This document shows positions 61,292 through 64,000 of a stretch of DNA of 64,000 bases, in pieces. Made by a program: the position numbers and the translations under genes. The notes under the pieces were generated by a model that did no database searches, was not told where the DNA came from, and worked only from the letters and a program-made list of their open reading frames with translations. The stretch comes from Octopus sinensis (lineage: Eukaryota). The DNA lies in assembly GCF_006345805.1 (NCBI RefSeq), contig NC_043023.1:11160001-11224000 (forward strand). The letters are read 5' to 3'. Numbering within the stretch: the first letter of the stretch is position 1; the number at the start of each line of letters is the position of its first letter.

Positions 61292-61674
61292 TCTTTATAT
61301 ATAAAAGTGAGGTTGTGTGTCTGTCTCCTACGATTTAGATTCCTAACTACTCCCACATTTTGCGGTGCAGTTTAACCAAAACCGGGTATCTTATAGTCGT
61401 GATTCATATCGAGACCGTCTGGGTATTAGCGCGCGTCTATGATGAGTCTACGATTTTAAAAAAATTTACCATCAATTTTTCCCATTTTTGACATATATAA
61501 GGGAAGTAACTCTCTAAAATTTATTATTAAATCTCAGAACGTAAAAAGCTACAGTAACACCCCTCCCCCTTTGTGGTTAGCCATATTGAGATGGCTATTA
61601 TACTTTACATCTCTAAAAATGCTTATATAATTATTTCCCTTACAAACCCGAGCAACGCCGGGCGATACTGCTAG
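61292..61674 (+). mobile_element. Non-autonomous Helitron
   Basis: A|TCtttatatataaaag...cccgagcaacgccggg...CTAG|T. Confidence 0.85.
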
Positions 61675-63169
61675 TAAGAGATATATATGTATGCCTATAT
61701 ATATGTGAGATAATAGTTTCACTTTAACAGTTTCGGTATTAAAGAGATTTGAGATTGAACCATAGTAATGTGAGGTTCTGGTCTTTTTTCATGGACTGCA
61801 GCCATGCTGGGGCACCACCTTAAAGGGATTTATTTGAATGAAGCAATCACTGTCCTTATTTTCATACCAGGCCCCTAATTCTATTGGCCATTGTTGGCAA
61901 ACTGCTAAGCCATGCCGATGTTAGCAAACCAACACCTAGTGTCAAGCAGTGATGGGAAACAAACACAAACAGACCACACACATATACACACTAGCACACA
62001 CACACATATACACACTAGCACACATATACATACATGCATACACTGGACATCTTACAGCTTCCACCATAGCCTTGGGCTATAGTAGAAGACAGTTTCCGAA
62101 GGTACGACTTAGTAGGACTGAACCTCGACCCATGAGGTTCTGAAGCAAACTTCTTACCACACAGCCACGCCAAAGACTCCATATATATAAAAGAAATAAA
62201 TCCGCATTGAAACTCCTGGTGACTCCCATGGTATATTAAGAATATAGCATGGGGCATCACTAGCGACTCCTTATATTATATTTAGAATATAGTGCAGGGA
62301 GTCATCGGTGACTTGGTAGATAAATTGTTAAAACATTATTAAAATGCTCAACCCATTGTCTGAACAAGGAAGGTGGCTTTATCAGTATGTTAGTCGCATA
62401 CCTAGACTTTATATGGGTTATTGTTCCATAAACTATATTTACATCAACTTAATAGGCTTTCACATCATTTATGTAGCGAATATTCAGCAATCATGGCTTC
62501 ACCTGTAAAGACTATTACCTATGTGATCAATAAAATATGGCCAATCACAGCTTCACGTTGAACAGGCTCCAACATTTGGTGCACTCCCTTCTAAAGTCTA
62601 TCAATAAAGATAAAAGTATCACCATCCAAGGAACTCTGGGATGTAGCAGAAAGCATGAGACAAGGCAGACACAGGCAGCGGCTGAACCAAGCTGTTATAT
62701 GTTCATGTATATGTGTATGTATACATATATACGAATATAGAACATATATACATTCGTATATATGTATACCTAAACATATAATACAGGTCAATATCAATAT
62801 AATGAACTATCAGTAGATGGTATCATTATGTTAAAAATGATGTAATATCTCAGATGCTCGAGTGGAATTTTGGGATTAACCTAACTCGCCTAACATTTAT
62901 TTAGATATTTTTTAATCTATTCCAATTAATCTTTTGACCAGATAACGATCCATCGTTTGCTTCGTTTCATTTCTAGTTTCGTATCTTTTTTTATAATTCC
63001 CATTAATAAAATATAATTTCGTCCTAGATATCCTTTACAATCCATGATTTAAGAAGTCTGTATTATATTTTTATGTGTATTTTGAGGCAATTAAAAAGGA
63101 AAAATTTGGTAACATTTATTTTATAAATAACAAATGATTGATGACATAACGTACACAATCTCCCGATTT

Positions 63170-64000
63170 GATTTCGTTTCGCTGTTTACCGTGTCGGTTT
63201 TTCAATCGTCTTACAATTCAATTATCCGTTGAAACGTCTCTTAAGCTTAATTAAAGACATTTCACATTAAACCCGGATTTATATAAAACACCAGGTAAGT
63301 AATTAAAAGACATTTCGGTTAAGTCGACATCTCTGAATGCTTTGCCCTTTTATGTGTACGAAATATACCGTAATTAATTGAGTTTAATTGATTATAGCGG
63401 TCACGAGGCCAGCATCTTGCACGAAGCGGAAATGTGACGAAGCGGAAAGATATAGAGACGTAGCTTGGTTCGGTGTGGTAAAGTGTGCGAGAAGTTTTCT
63501 TGTTAAAAGTGGGTGAAACACACTGCTTCTAGAACTCAGTTACACATTTATGTGGGTACTACTAGCGAACAGTGGTCCCGGTGCGCGCACTTGCGTATCC
63601 GCGCTATTTAGTCGTAAGTAGTCAATCCAAGAACGACTTTTAACCCTAACCTTAGTTTGTTTAAAATGTTAGATAATATCTGAAGGTGGAGGAGCCGATG
63701 CCTGTGAATATGTAGACATTACCTCAAGGTTGTAGAATATAATGTTAATAACAAAATAGAAAGTAACTCATGAGGTAAAAATTTATATCCACAGTTTATC
63801 CTTATAAAACATACTAACATTTCTATTATTGAATCTCTCCTTTTAAACTATTTTCTTTATTTTATATTGTTTCTGTATCATTTCAGAATATCAGACGTCT
63901 GTGGCATAAACGGATTTTTACTTGAGATATGTCATGAATATTAATAAACTTTGAAAGACTAAAGGAAGATGTGATAAATAACAGATATAAACATGGATAC
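63170..64000 (+). promoter_or_regulatory. First exon, intron (63295-63886) and start of the 5' UTR of a seventh paralog whose CDS lies beyond the window
   Basis: Copy of the 50910-52060 unit with intact donor and acceptor. Confidence 0.65.

Overview
AT-rich eukaryotic genomic DNA, most likely from an octopus or other coleoid cephalopod (inferred from the tandem [16 protein letters not shown]2H2 zinc-finger cluster, the tRNA-derived SINE families and the TA/TG microsatellites). The window holds six paralogous multi-finger C2H2 genes, each with one coding exon. ZNF-1, -2 and -3 are on the minus strand and ZNF-4, -5 and -6 on the plus strand. ZNF-5 is a pseudogene and ZNF-6 is nonsense-truncated. 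Upstream regions of two more paralogs lie at the window edges. Each intact gene has a conserved non-coding first exon and one intron, and the cluster is arranged back-to-back around about 31 kb. The rest is mobile DNA: five or more SINE families, a CR1 LINE with an internal inversion, a full-length Tx1 LINE with a 15-bp target-site duplication (TSD), RTE/CR1 fragments, non-autonomous Helitrons, hAT/piggyBac MITEs and a piggyBac relic. Two systems stand out. (1) There are four unrelated families of small non-coding elements carrying type I hammerhead ribozymes of the Penelope/retrozyme kind. Three motifs have canonical cores. A multicopy variant has the C3-G8 pair swapped to G3-C8. Several sit in head-to-head inverted repeats, and most are co-oriented with the ZNF transcripts. 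(2) A SINE shares its 3' tail with the Tx1 LINE and carries a preferred insertion site in its own head, which would explain its head-to-tail arrays. All analysis was by eye; no alignments or folding programs were run.
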